64,000 nt of DNA from an uncultured Candidatus Saccharibacteria bacterium (GCA_964643995.1 CAZXUJ010000001.1:273492-337491), one strand, 5' to 3'. Shown: positions 39,377 through 50,228, numbered from the stretch's first letter. Notes: generated by a model from the letters alone, not told the origin. Program-made: numbers and translations.

Positions 39377-39812
39377 TTCCAACTTGTTTGATGAAACTAC
39401 ATTTTACGATCGATTTAAAAGTGATTTGAACAATTGTAAACAAGAAGTGATTATCGAAAGTCCTTTTATAACAATTAATAAATCGCTAGATTTAATTCCT
39501 AACTTCAAAAAGTTGTTACTCAAAGACATAAAAATAAGTGTAATCACTAGAATGCCAGAAAAGCATAAAAGAAAAGTGATAGAACAATCAGAAAGAATTA
39601 TCCAATAATTTGAATATATTGGAGTACAAGTGTTTGTTACAACAAATAATCACCATAGAAAGTTAGCAATACTAGATCGAAATATATTATGGGAAAGCAG
39701 TCTAAATATTCTATCTCAAAACAATAGTAGAGAAAATATGAGAAGAATAGAAGGAAGAGACCATGCTAAAGAAATGTTTGATTTTTTGCAACCTGAAAAG
39801 TTTATAGAGTAA
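39369..39812 (+). pseudogene. Phospholipase D-like (HKD) nuclease-domain protein with an in-frame TAA
   Basis: Two same-frame ORFs split by TAA 39606-39608; IIESPF, HRKLAILD, SLNILS motifs. Confidence 0.8.
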
Positions 39813-39921
39813 GGAATTTAAGCTAACAATATATTCAAGCCATTTTGCACTATAGGGTATAGTGTGGTATAATTGAAAAATATCTTAAATCAAGATTAGA
39901 AGCAACAACGGAGGCGAACGG

Positions 39922-40062
39922 ATGTTATTTTTGAACGTTTGTGGAGTCATGTTCGGGGCAGCTGTCGCTGCCATAGAGCACGGGTATGGCACGAAGGCTG
40001 GGTTTATAAGCTCATGCGTATTGTCAGCAACGCTGGCAATACTTTCCTTAATCTTGCTATAA
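39922..40062 (+). CDS. 46-aa hydrophobic peptide (possibly a truncated membrane protein)
   Basis: TTGCAC-17-TATAAT promoter (39845-39873), GGAGG ribosome binding site, MLFLNVCGVMFGAAVAA...LAILSLILL. Confidence 0.5.
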   Translation: MLFLNVCGVMFGAAVAAIEHGYGTKAGFISSCVLSATLAILSLILL

Positions 40063-40221
40063 CAGCTGGAGGTTGTAGAAGCATTAACTTTTGGATTGTT
40101 ATTGCATCTCTGCAATCTCAAATTTTTTAAATCCAAGGTTGTTGCTTCTACTACCCATATAAAACTTTTAAATTTAATTTCTTATATATTAAATTACTCA
40201 GAATGAAAATGGTTCAACCTT

Positions 40222-41221
40222 GGCTTAATGGACATTTTTGTTGGTGAAAAGAGTGTTTTTTCTTGTATTGAAGGGGAATAGTGCTAGTATCCTCTTAGGA
40301 GTAAAAAAAGAACTATCCTAAATGTACTTCTTGTGGCTTGAATTGTATTAAGTGGGGTAAGAATAGATTTAGGTGTTCTAACTGTTTTAAAACATATTCC
40401 TTAACTAAAATTCGTAAAAATACTAATCTCTCCTCTAAAACTTTAATCCGTAACTTCCACTCCTTTCTTGATCTCCCTCCAAACCCTCCTAAACTTAACA
40501 CCCCCAAACATATTAACCTTAAAGTAGATGCCACATACTTCGGTAAGTCGGGCTGCTGTATTGTATTTAAAGAAAATAAGAATATTATCTACTGGCTCTA
40601 TGTTAACCGTGAAAACTACCTTAACTACACAATATCCCTATCAAACCTCATTCAACTTGGATATATAGTAGATTCCATTACCTCAGATAAACACCAATCC
40701 CTGCTCGCTGTTGTAAGAAAATACCTCCCTAACACCCCTCACCAATTATGCCTGGTTCACATCCAAAGACGCTGCCAAACTCTCCTCACTCAAAACCCTT
40801 CTTCTCAAGCAGGTTACGATCTCCTTAAACTAGTTAAATTCATTAACCAAATTAATAACCACTATGAACAACAAATATTTCTTAAATGGAGTGACCATTA
40901 CAAACTAAAATATAAAGACTTCCTTAACCACAAAACATACTCCACTAAACCTAATGGTAATAAAACTTGGTGGTTCACTCATAGAAATACCCGTAAGGCT
41001 TTCATCCACCTTAAATCATCAACCCCTAACATGTTTTTCTACCTGGATAATAACGATATCCCTAAAGATACCAATGGTTTAGAAGCTGAATTTACTCACC
41101 TTAAACAAAAATTAATTTCTCATAGAGGTTTAACTAGAAATAGACAGATAAATTCTGTTTGTTAGTATCTCTCTTTTAAGTCAAATAGTTAAAAATCACC
41201 CACGTTTTTGTCCATTAAGCC
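40222..41221 (+). mobile_element. 1000-bp insertion sequence, IS256/Mutator-like
   Basis: Terminal inverted repeats GGCTTAATGGACA (13 bp perfect, ~26 bp imperfect); no target duplication seen. Confidence 0.88.
40305..41165 (+). pseudogene. DDE transposase, probably damaged
   Basis: CxxC...CxxC zinc ribbon, VDATY, SDKH, CLVH, TNGLE; the first CxxC lies upstream of any start codon, and TAG 41163 may be a mutated TGG. Confidence 0.75.
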
Positions 41222-41618
41222 TAGATTACACCGCCAAAGTTAAAGAAGCAGAAAAGATTCTTAGACTAGCCGAAAATATAGGTGATACCTACGAGAAAGC
41301 ATCTTTCGATGAAAAGCGACAATATCTGCAATATTCATAAAAAGGCTGTGGGTTAAAAACGGTTATATTGTTAGTTTTGAGCTAAACGACAATATAAAAC
41401 AGCTTATTAAAGGGGGTTCCATTCATGTAAACACATCTTGGGGTCCCACATGTGCCGACGCAGTAAAAACCTTTTGGAATGCTAGTATTCTTTGTTACTC
41501 AAACGAAGAAGCGATAGTGAGTGCTTGCAAAGGCAAGGGGTTTCAAGAACTAATTAAGACAGAATCACTGGCTACATTCATTTGGCATGTAAATTCCATA
41601 TTGGAAAGCAGTCCATAA
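41222..41618 (+). pseudogene. C-terminal remnant resembling a large serine recombinase, frameshifted
   Basis: ...ILRLAENIGDTYEKASFDEKRQYLQ / IFIKRLWVKNG...WGP; frameshift near 41331; 5' part cut at the IS end. Confidence 0.5.
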
Positions 41619-41680
41619 TTTATTATCCTCAGTTCAGATTTGGGTGTATTTCTCATAACATCCGCTATAATAGTCGAGAT

Positions 41681-43489
41681 ATGAATCAAGACAATATCCG
41701 CAATTTTTGCATAATTGCACATATAGATCATGGTAAATCTACTCTTGCAGATAGATTGTTGGAGATGACCGGTACTATAGATAAACGCGTTCTCAAGCAA
41801 CAAACCCTAGATAGCATGGAACTTGAGAGAGAAAAAGGTATAACAATCAAACTCAAAGCTGTTGAGATGAACTATACTCACAATGGTGTACCATATCGAC
41901 TCAATCTTATAGATACCCCTGGACATGTGGATTTTGCCTATGAGGTCTCAAGATCACTTGCCGCCTGTGAGGGAGCTATCTTAATTGTGGACGCGTCACA
42001 AGGCATTGAGGCTCAAACTGTTTCAAACATTTATAAAGCTTTGGAAGCAAATCTTACAATTATTCCAGTTTTGAACAAGATCGATTTAGCGGGCAGTAAT
42101 GTCGAAAAGGTCACTGAAGATTTAGTGCATGCCTTTGGATTCCAGAAAGAAGAGATACTCAGAATTTCGGCAAAAACAGGTGAAGGTGTTGAAACTTTAC
42201 TAGGTGAAGTAATAAAACGTATCCCCCACCCTACTGGAATGGAAGAAGCCCCACTAAGAGCCTTAGTGTTCGATACCTTCTATGACGATTTTGTTGGGGT
42301 TATAGCAATGGTCAGGATAGTTGATGGAAAATTAGAAAAGGCAGACTTTCAGCAAAAGCGCAAACTTAAATGTTTAGCTACTCATGAAACTTTCACACCA
42401 GAAAGTTTCGGCATCTTGAAACCAGGCCGAGTAGAAGCTAATCAACTAAACACGGGAGAGGTAGGATACATTTCAACTACACTGAAAGACATAAAAGCTG
42501 TTAGAGTCGGTGACACCATTTCATTCGAAAATTTGGTAGATGCAAAACCTTTAGAAGGATACAAAGATGTCAAACCATTTGTATTTGTTTCTATTTATCC
42601 CATAGAGAACAACAGATTCCCTGACCTACGAGAAGCACTGGAAAAGCTTTCTCTTTCCGATGCAGCACTACAATTCGAACCAGAAAGCACAAGCGCGCTG
42701 GGATTTGGTTTCAGATGTGGTTTTTTGGGTCTTTTACATGCGGATATTATCCAAGAGAGGTTAGAGCGAGAATACAATTTAGAGCTAATATCTACCACAC
42801 CAACAGTAGAGTACAAAATCAGACTAACCGGCAATGAAGAACTATCCGTTAAAACAGCCTCCCAGATGCCCGAAGTAACAAAGATAAGTTACATCGAAGA
42901 ACCTTGGATCCTTTTGCATATTGTATCTCCCACAACATATACAGGTAACATTTTGACACTATGTGAAGACCGTCGTGGAGTTATGCGAAAAATGGAATAT
43001 CCTACGGAACAAACTATTATATTCGAATATGAACTTCCATTAGCTGAGTTGATAAGTAATTTTTTTGATGAATTAAAGACAGTATCTTCAGGGTACGCAA
43101 GCATAGACTATGACTTTCTGGAATATCGTAAAGCAAATGTGGTGAGACTAGATATTTTAGTCCAAGGGGAACTCGTAGAACCACTTTCACAAATAATCAT
43201 CAAGGATAACGCAACAGAATTTGGTAAGAAGTTTGTTTCCAAGCTGAGAGAAATTCTACCTAGACAACAATACAAGGTCGCTCTACAAGCTGCTATAGGT
43301 GGCAAAATAGTCGCACGTGACGATTTGCCTGCAGTAAGAAAAGATGTGTTGGCAGGAATTTCAGGAGGACATCGTGAACGAAAAGACAAGCTGTTAGAGA
43401 GGCAAAAAAGGGGTAAGGAAAGAATGAAGAAGTTCGGCAAGGTAGTAATTACTCAAGAAGCGTTTAGACAAGTTTTGAAATCAAAGTAA
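41681..43489 (+). CDS. lepA: Elongation factor 4
   Basis: IRNFCIIAHIDHGKSTLADR, GFRCGFLGLLH; start at ATG 41681. Confidence 0.98.
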   Translation: MNQDNIRNFCIIAHIDHGKSTLADRLLEMTGTIDKRVLKQQTLDSMELEREKGITIKLKAVEMNYTHNGVPYRLNLIDTPGHVDFAYEVSRSLAACEGAILIVDASQGIEAQTVSNIYKALEANLTIIPVLNKIDLAGSNVEKVTEDLVHAFGFQKEEILRISAKTGEGVETLLGEVIKRIPHPTGMEEAPLRALVFDTFYDDFVGVIAMVRIVDGKLEKADFQQKRKLKCLATHETFTPESFGILKPGRVEANQLNTGEVGYISTTLKDIKAVRVGDTISFENLVDAKPLEGYKDVKPFVFVSIYPIENNRFPDLREALEKLSLSDAALQFEPESTSALGFGFRCGFLGLLHADIIQERLEREYNLELISTTPTVEYKIRLTGNEELSVKTASQMPEVTKISYIEEPWILLHIVSPTTYTGNILTLCEDRRGVMRKMEYPTEQTIIFEYELPLAELISNFFDELKTVSSGYASIDYDFLEYRKANVVRLDILVQGELVEPLSQIIIKDNATEFGKKFVSKLREILPRQQYKVALQAAIGGKIVARDDLPAVRKDVLAGISGGHRERKDKLLERQKRGKERMKKFGKVVITQEAFRQVLKSK

Positions 43490-43509
43490 AAATTCGGTAA
43501 GTAACCTTC

Positions 43510-43545
43510 TTGACACTTTTAGCACTCTAGCTATAATAGTGATAG
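43510..43545 (+). promoter_or_regulatory. hrcA promoter with overlapping CIRCE operator
   Basis: TTGACA-16-TATAAT; TTAGCACTC-N9-TAGTGATAG at 43519-43545. Confidence 0.8.
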
Positions 43546-43546
43546 T

Positions 43547-44272
43547 ATGCTTTCTAACCGACAAATACAACTTTTAGAAGCAATAATCAGTGAATACATC
43601 TCCAGTGCTGAGCCTGTTGGGTCAACCCTTATAGTCGAAAAATACAATATGAAATGCTCCCCTGCTACAATTAGAAATGAAATGGGTAGATTGCTCGACC
43701 AAGGATTTTTACAGATGGTACACACTTCATCTGGAAGAGTTCCTACAACAGAAGCATACAAACTCTACTTAGAGCAAATGATGGAGGAGGACGAGCTTGA
43801 TGTTCTGCAAGAGGTGGCACTAAAACAACGGTTGTGGGCTAATAGATATGAGTTTGAAAAAATGCTTCGACAAGCTGTTTTGGCGTTGTCTGAAATTACC
43901 AAGGAACTGGCGGTTGCAACAACAGACGACGGGTACGTGTTACACGCGGGTTCGGTTAATATGCTCGATTACAAGGAGTTTTGGGATATAGACATTACAC
44001 GTACAGTACTTACCCTTCTCGACCGACACGAATTAGTGCAAAACATATTTGAGAAAACATCGGATAACCATAACGAAGTGAGGTACTTAATAGGCCGAGA
44101 ACTTGGTAGTGAACTTCTACAGGATTGCGGAGTGGTTTTTGCTCCATATCATGTAGGTAAAAGGTCAGGATACGTTGGCGTGCTTGGTCCCGCTAGAATG
44201 AATTACCAAAAAGTAATGCCTGCCGTGAGATATACAAAAAGCCTGATTGAAGAACTAGGTGGCTCCTGGTAA
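43547..44272 (+). CDS. hrcA: Heat-inducible transcription repressor HrcA (short form)
   Basis: SPATIRNEM, HTSSGRVPT, GVLGPARM motifs. Confidence 0.95.
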   Translation: MLSNRQIQLLEAIISEYISSAEPVGSTLIVEKYNMKCSPATIRNEMGRLLDQGFLQMVHTSSGRVPTTEAYKLYLEQMMEEDELDVLQEVALKQRLWANRYEFEKMLRQAVLALSEITKELAVATTDDGYVLHAGSVNMLDYKEFWDIDITRTVLTLLDRHELVQNIFEKTSDNHNEVRYLIGRELGSELLQDCGVVFAPYHVGKRSGYVGVLGPARMNYQKVMPAVRYTKSLIEELGGSW

Positions 44273-44295
44273 GTTTAATTAAATTCCGGAAAATT

Positions 44296-44859
44296 ATGAA
44301 CAAAGATAAAAACAAAGACAAAGAGGAAAATAAAAACACCTGCGCATGTGGAGGAAACTGCTGCCAAGAAAAGGATACTAATAAGCATGACTGTGGTTGT
44401 GAGGATGATTGCGGATGCGACGATAACTGCGCTTGCGAAAATAACACTGCAGAAATCATCATAGAACTAGAAAATAATTGGAAGCGCGCTTTGGCCGATT
44501 ACAAAAACTTACAAAAAAGAGTACTCGAGGACAGGGAAAATGATCTACGTTTCCTTAAAGCGTCAATTCTAATGAGATTGATACCAGTACTAGATAATTT
44601 AGAAATGATGGCGGTACACTCCGAAGATCAGGGATTAAAGCTTACCATTAAGGATTTTCTTAGAGTTTTACAAGAAGAAGGTGTGAAAGAAATTGATGTC
44701 GACAAAAAAGATTTTGATGCAAAAACAATGGAAGCGGTCGAAATAATAGAAGGTCCAGAGAATAAAGTCCTTACAGTAGTACAAAAAGGATATATACTAA
44801 ACAATTTAGTTTTGCGTCCTGCTAGAGTAAAAGTAGGAAAAGCATTAAAGGAGGAATAA
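44296..44859 (+). CDS. grpE: Nucleotide exchange factor GrpE with Cys-rich N-terminus
   Basis: [24 protein letters not shown]. Confidence 0.95.
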   Translation: MNKDKNKDKEENKNTCACGGNCCQEKDTNKHDCGCEDDCGCDDNCACENNTAEIIIELENNWKRALADYKNLQKRVLEDRENDLRFLKASILMRLIPVLDNLEMMAVHSEDQGLKLTIKDFLRVLQEEGVKEIDVDKKDFDAKTMEAVEIIEGPENKVLTVVQKGYILNNLVLRPARVKVGKALKEE

Positions 44860-46730
44860 TGTCAAAAATATTAGGAATAGATCTAGGCACTACAAACAGT
44901 GCAATGTCAATCATGGAGGGCGGTCAGCCAAAAGTTATACCAAACGCTGAGGGAACTAACACAACCCCTTCTATAATTGCACCGTTAACAAATCTCGTAG
45001 GTATTCCAGCCAAAAGACAACAGGTGGTTAATCCTAAAAACACTGTATTCAGCGTAAAAAGATTAATCGGAATGAAATATTCTTCGCCTGAGATACAGGC
45101 TCTTAAAAAAGACTACCCATATGAGATAGTCGAGGGTAAAAACGGCATGGCTGCAGTAAAAATAGAAGATAAGATTTATACTGCTCAAGAAATTTCTGCC
45201 ATGATTTTGCGTAAGCTTAAGGCGGATGCAGAGAAATTTTTGGGGCAAGAAATTAAGGAGGCAGTTATTACCGTACCAGCATACTTTAACGACTCACAAA
45301 GAACTGCTACTAAAGAAGCAGGTCAAATTGCTGGCTTGGAAGTAAAAAGAATAATTAATGAGCCAACAGCCGCCTCACTGGCCTATGGGCTTGATAAAAA
45401 AACCAATGAAAAAATCCTTATTTATGATTTGGGAGGTGGTACGTTTGACGTTTCGGTTCTCGAAGTCGGTGACGGTGTTTTTGAGGTTAAATCTACAAAT
45501 GGAGATACACACCTAGGTGGCGATGACTTTGACAGGAAACTTATTGAATGGCTGCTTGGTGAATTTAAGAAGGACACTGGCGTTGATTTAGGATCTGATA
45601 GACAAGCAATGCAAAGACTCAAAGATGGTGCTGAAAAAGCCAAAATTGAATTATCCAGTACACTAGAAACTGAAATTAACATTCCATTTATAACAGCGGA
45701 TCAAACTGGACCTAAACATATGAACATTACGCTTACTCGAGCTAAGTATGAACAGTTAGTTGATGATTTAATTCAAAAAACATTGAAACCAATTGAAAAC
45801 GCGTTAAAAGATGCAGGACTTAATAAATCAGAAATAAACGAAGTAGTGATGGTTGGAGGAATGACTAGGACCCCAAAGGTGAACGAGATTGTTAAAAACT
45901 ACTTTGGCAAAGAACCTCACAAAGGTGTAAACCCCGACGAAGTTGTTGCAATTGGTGCTGCGATTCAAGGCGGAGTTTTGGGTGGCGACGTTAAAGACGT
46001 TTTGCTACTGGATGTAACACCTTTAACATTAGGAATAGAAACACTCGGCGGTGTCTCTACCCCGTTAATAAAACGAAACACAACAATACCTACTTCGGCA
46101 AGCCAAGTTTTTAGTACAGCCGCCGATAATCAGACTAGCGTTGAAATCAACGTATTGCAAGGAGAGCGTGAGATGGCAGCAGACAACAAGAGCTTAGGTA
46201 GATTTATGCTAGATGGTATTCCACCAGCACCACGGGGTATGCCTCAAGTTGAAGTTACATTTGATATAGACGCAAACGGCATCATACATGTTAAGGCTAA
46301 GGATAAAGCATCTAACAAAGAGCAAAAGATTACTATCCAAGGTGGAAGTGGCCTAAGTGACGCTGAAATAGAAAAAATGGTTAAAGACGCCGAGTTACAT
46401 GCGGAAGAAGATAAAAAGAAAAAGGAAGTAATTGAAGCCAGAAACATGTCGGATGGCATGATTCACACTGCTGAGAAAGCTTTGCGAGATGCAGGTGATA
46501 AAGTTCCAGCGGAAATTAAAACTGAGGTAGAAAAAAAAGTAAAAGCTCTCAAGGATATTTTGCAGACAGGCACAAAAGAGGAGCTTGAACAAAAATCTCA
46601 GGAACTAAGCATTTCAATGCAAAAGATCGGTGAAAATCTGTATAAAGCAGGAGATCAGGACTCAACAAACGAACCGAAACCGGATACAGACAATAATGAC
46701 GAACCACTCGATGGTGAAGTCGTGGAATAA
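44859..46730 (+). CDS. dnaK: Chaperone DnaK
   Basis: [24 protein letters not shown] motifs. Confidence 0.99.
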   Translation: MSKILGIDLGTTNSAMSIMEGGQPKVIPNAEGTNTTPSIIAPLTNLVGIPAKRQQVVNPKNTVFSVKRLIGMKYSSPEIQALKKDYPYEIVEGKNGMAAVKIEDKIYTAQEISAMILRKLKADAEKFLGQEIKEAVITVPAYFNDSQRTATKEAGQIAGLEVKRIINEPTAASLAYGLDKKTNEKILIYDLGGGTFDVSVLEVGDGVFEVKSTNGDTHLGGDDFDRKLIEWLLGEFKKDTGVDLGSDRQAMQRLKDGAEKAKIELSSTLETEINIPFITADQTGPKHMNITLTRAKYEQLVDDLIQKTLKPIENALKDAGLNKSEINEVVMVGGMTRTPKVNEIVKNYFGKEPHKGVNPDEVVAIGAAIQGGVLGGDVKDVLLLDVTPLTLGIETLGGVSTPLIKRNTTIPTSASQVFSTAADNQTSVEINVLQGEREMAADNKSLGRFMLDGIPPAPRGMPQVEVTFDIDANGIIHVKAKDKASNKEQKITIQGGSGLSDAEIEKMVKDAELHAEEDKKKKEVIEARNMSDGMIHTAEKALRDAGDKVPAEIKTEVEKKVKALKDILQTGTKEELEQKSQELSISMQKIGENLYKAGDQDSTNEPKPDTDNNDEPLDGEVVE

Positions 46731-46732
46731 AG

Positions 46733-46759
46733 AAAAAGACCTCGAAAGAGGTCTTTTTT
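46733..46759. terminator. Bidirectional intrinsic terminator after dnaK
   Basis: AAAAAGACCTC-GAAA-GAGGTCTTTTTT. Confidence 0.9.
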
Positions 46760-46770
46760 ATATCATGGAG

Positions 46771-47380
46771 TTAATTCTCAACTGTAGTTAAGCTATCAAC
46801 CGTGTAACCATTAGTATCTTGCAGTTCTAAATGAAGTTTTTCTCGGGTAGGAAGACCTGTAGTAGGATCTGTGAAGGTTTTTCTATATATTGAAAATATT
46901 CTGGCGTCTTCAGTTGTAATGTATAAAGTAGCCTCCGGGTCTAGGTTACGTGTAAATTCCCTGAAAAATTGTACAAACTTTTCTCCCTGGCTATCATATT
47001 CGGAAGGTTTCACATAGTAATAGGCATTACCACTATAGGAATCTTTATTTTGATAAGCATCTTTCATAGCAAAGTTCAAAAAAAAGGCTTTGTTTTCTGG
47101 CTCATCAGAGTCCTGTACTAATAACTCAATCACCCTATCCGCATATTCAATGAGATATGGAGGTTCTCCAGTGTTGTTAGTTTCGTCAGGAAAAAAAAAC
47201 TTTAGCATCATAGTCTACAATGGTATCGTAAGCAGCAATTCCAAAATTTCTTCTAACTATTCGGACATCAAAATCGTTTTCAACTTGCTCATATCCAAAG
47301 TAGCCATGATCAGGATTAAAAAACTCTGAATCCTCATCCGGTAAATCTGATAACTTTAGTAGCTCGCTTGATATAGCCAT
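46771..47380 (-). pseudogene. Acidic hypothetical protein (~202 aa) frameshifted at a T9 run
   Basis: ORFs 47186..47425 and 46771..47211 join (KVFFPDE) if one T is removed from 47191-47199. Confidence 0.6.
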
Positions 47381-47445
47381 GAAAGAATTCTGGCACAACT
47401 TATGACTAGCGAACAAAATAGACAACTGCTAGAATACGATATGCT

Positions 47446-48354
47446 ATGGCAAGTAAAAAAGACTATTATGAAGTTTTAGGTATAACAAAAAATGCCTCAT
47501 CGGAGGATATAAAGAAGGCTTATCGAAAGTTAGCTAGAGAACACCATCCAGATATGGTAAAGGATACCGACAAAAAACATGCGGAGGAAAGATTTAAAGA
47601 AATAAATGAGGCCTATCAGGTTTTAGGTGATGCAGAAAAGAAAAAAATGTATGATCAGTATGGCCATACAGCGGGACAGCAAGGAGGTTTTGGAGGAGGG
47701 CAACAAGGTCAGTGGGGTCCATTTTCTTACTCTTATGGTGCGGAGGGACAGGGAGCTAATTTTGATCCAATGGATATTTTTGAGGAATTTTTCGGATTTG
47801 GGCGTGGTTTTGGTGGACAAAGACAACCACGAAAGGGAAAGGATTTAGCGTATGACATGTCTATAGAATTTGCTGAGGCTGTTCACGGAGCTATCAAAGA
47901 GGTTACAGTAGAAAGTGGTCCAGTTAAAATTAATATCCCACAAGGAGCTCGTACAGGCACAGAGCTTAGATTTCAGGGCAAAGGTATGAAGGGTCCAGAA
48001 GGTGTTCCAAACGGAGATTTATTTATAACTTTACGCGTACCTACTCCAAAAGAGTTTCAAAGGGCTGGAGACAACCTGGGAACATTAAAAAACATTGACT
48101 TTGTACAAGCAACGTTAGGAGATACCATAGAAGTCCCGGTCGTCGATTTGAACCAAAAAAGCGGTATTGGAAAAGCAAATCTTAAAATTCCGGCTGGAAC
48201 CCAATCCGGAACACAATTTAAAGTAAAAGGTAGGGGTATGCCCAAACTACAAGGACGCGGACAGGGAGACGTAATAGTACAAGTCAATATAGAAATACCA
48301 AAGAGCATAAGTAAAAAACAAAGGAAATTACTTGAGGAGTATAGGGAGAATTAA
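47446..48354 (+). CDS. dnaJ: DnaJ-family co-chaperone lacking the zinc finger
   Basis: J domain with HPD, G/F-rich region, C-terminal domains; no CxxCxGxG repeats. Confidence 0.92.
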   Translation: MASKKDYYEVLGITKNASSEDIKKAYRKLAREHHPDMVKDTDKKHAEERFKEINEAYQVLGDAEKKKMYDQYGHTAGQQGGFGGGQQGQWGPFSYSYGAEGQGANFDPMDIFEEFFGFGRGFGGQRQPRKGKDLAYDMSIEFAEAVHGAIKEVTVESGPVKINIPQGARTGTELRFQGKGMKGPEGVPNGDLFITLRVPTPKEFQRAGDNLGTLKNIDFVQATLGDTIEVPVVDLNQKSGIGKANLKIPAGTQSGTQFKVKGRGMPKLQGRGQGDVIVQVNIEIPKSISKKQRKLLEEYREN

Positions 48355-48359
48355 CTTTG

Positions 48360-48917
48360 TTAAGAAACATTTTCTTGCAAGCGTGCTAGATACGAGTTTT
48401 GAAAACTTTCCTTATCAAAAATACCTGCTTCGGGATTGGTAACAAACGTACGAAATAATTCTCTATCTGAAAGTGCTCGATCAATAAATCGCACTTGATC
48501 ACCCTGAGATCTTGGTGCGGCTAACTTCGCATATGACTCTAGCGCTCTTGTAGGGTCGTTGATATCACTTTCGACAACACGAAGGACCGTTTCCAACATG
48601 TTCGGCAGCAAGTATTTCGAGTTCAAAAAAGCCCTTTCAGATAATCCTGCACCAAACCGAGCAATATCCCTGGCAAGCAATTCACATTGACGTTCCTTCA
48701 CTATGTCGGTTATGGTAGGGGGGTTACCATTCGCAGCCTGTCTCATATGCTGCACAGCTATGTGGGCAAAGTCTCGTCCCTTTGGGTATATCAAATACTC
48801 TCCATACAGGGTTCTAGTGTCATTTATACCTTCTTGTCGTTCTCTTTCCAAACTCTTTGGGGCTGCTTCATATGATCTATCTTGGCGACGCGAGAAAAGA
48901 TTAGTTAAAAATGACAT
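48360..48917 (-). CDS. Hypothetical protein
   Basis: Fills the dnaJ-nusA gap; TATCAT 6 nt before ATG 48917 suggests this start; no recognisable motif. Confidence 0.6.
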   Translation of the reverse strand: MSFLTNLFSRRQDRSYEAAPKSLERERQEGINDTRTLYGEYLIYPKGRDFAHIAVQHMRQAANGNPPTITDIVKERQCELLARDIARFGAGLSERAFLNSKYLLPNMLETVLRVVESDINDPTRALESYAKLAAPRSQGDQVRFIDRALSDRELFRTFVTNPEAGIFDKESFQNSYLARLQENVS

Positions 48918-48967
48918 ATCAAAATGATAGGCCATTCAAAAACCAAAGTAAATAGTCAAAACACAAA

Positions 48968-48997
48968 TTGACTTGTTTCTTGCCTTCATGCTATGCT
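48968..48997 (+). promoter_or_regulatory. nusA-infB promoter
   Basis: TTGACT-18-TATGCT with an extended TGn. Confidence 0.55.
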
Positions 48998-49042
48998 GAC
49001 CTAGCGTTAGACTGATAGTAAAGTTTATATGAAATGAAATGT

Positions 49043-49069
49043 AGAAGGTGGGAGTAACCCGCCTTTTTT
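49043..49069 (+). terminator. Leader terminator upstream of nusA (rimP-leader-like)
   Basis: AGAAGGTGGG-AGTAA-CCCGCCTTTTTT between promoter and ATG. Confidence 0.75.
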
Positions 49070-49103
49070 GATAGAATAGTTATTAGTTATTAACTAGAAA
49101 AAT

Positions 49104-50228
49104 ATGGCAATAACAGAATTTAAAGCAGCATTAAATCAAGTTGCAACAGAAAGAGGAATATCCGTAGAGGACGTATTGGAATCAATACGTACTGCATTAG
49201 TCTCAGCTTACAAAAAAGATTACGGTGAAGACGTAGAAATTGAAGTTGAACTGAATCCAAACACTGGTGAGGCAAAGATATTAAAAGATTCCAAAGATGT
49301 AACTCCTGCGGGGTTTGGAAGAATTGCTGCACAAACTGCAAAACAAGTGATTTTACAAAAAATCCGCGAAACAGAAAAACAGGTGATTTTTGATGAATTT
49401 GAAGACAAGGTAGGTACACTACTTACTGGTGTTATTTTTAGAATCGAAGGTAATAGAGTAGTTTTGGATCTAGGAAAAGCTCATGGTATTTTACCTCAAT
49501 CTGAACAGGTTGAGTCTGAAAATTATAGAGTTAACCAAAGATTAAAAGTTTACGTAAAAGACGTCAAAAAAGGCACACGAGGTACTGAGATAATTGTAAG
49601 CCGAGCCGACGCAGAGTTTGTAAAAAAACTTTTTGAACAAGAAGTCCCTGAAATCGCTTTAGGCACCGTAATGATAAAAGCTATTGCGCGCGAGCCTGGT
49701 TCTAGAACTAAAATGGCGGTAGTATCCTCCGATGAGAAAATCGATCCAGTTGGAAGCTGTGTTGGACAAAAGGGCGTTAGGGTACAATCTATAATCGCTG
49801 AATTATTCGGCGAAAAGATAGATATTATTCCATTTTCGACTCAAATAGAAAAATTTATTGCCGCAAGCTTATCACCTGCGCGCGTAACCGATGTTTCTAT
49901 TGATGAGGAGGAACACAAGGCTACGGTTTCGGTACCAGAGGATCAGCAAAGCTTAGCTATAGGTAAAGAGGGACAGAATGCCAGGTTAGCAAACAAATTA
50001 ACCAAGTGGAAAATCGATATAAAAGGAGCAAAAGGCATATTTGATGTTGAGAGTGGAAACACAATAAGCTCGGGTAAAAAAGAAGAAAAAGCAGCAGGTG
50101 TCTGGGATGCCGCAATCGCAAAAGTGGCCGAAGAATCAAAGAAAGCTGCAGACTTAAAAGAGGCACAGGACAATACAGAAACAGCAGATGTGGCAGAGGC
50201 AACCGAAACAGTAGAAGAAGCTGAGTAA
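49104..50228 (+). CDS. nusA: Transcription elongation factor NusA
   Basis: FGRIAAQTAKQV, AREPGSRTK, AIGKEGQNARLA. Confidence 0.98.
   Translation: MAITEFKAALNQVATERGISVEDVLESIRTALVSAYKKDYGEDVEIEVELNPNTGEAKILKDSKDVTPAGFGRIAAQTAKQVILQKIRETEKQVIFDEFEDKVGTLLTGVIFRIEGNRVVLDLGKAHGILPQSEQVESENYRVNQRLKVYVKDVKKGTRGTEIIVSRADAEFVKKLFEQEVPEIALGTVMIKAIAREPGSRTKMAVVSSDEKIDPVGSCVGQKGVRVQSIIAELFGEKIDIIPFSTQIEKFIAASLSPARVTDVSIDEEEHKATVSVPEDQQSLAIGKEGQNARLANKLTKWKIDIKGAKGIFDVESGNTISSGKKEEKAAGVWDAAIAKVAEESKKAADLKEAQDNTETADVAEATETVEEAE

Noticed and set aside
17803-41165. Stop-codon reassignment suggested by in-frame TAG, TGA and TAA in accessory genes
   Set aside because: All three stops terminate core genes here and no core gene has an internal stop; mixed stop types indicate decay.
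9067-41680. ORF-track N-terminal extensions of rpsL, nrnA, the LCP gene, rpsT and lepA
   Set aside because: They overlap neighbouring genes or promoters, and conserved N-termini begin at later ATGs.
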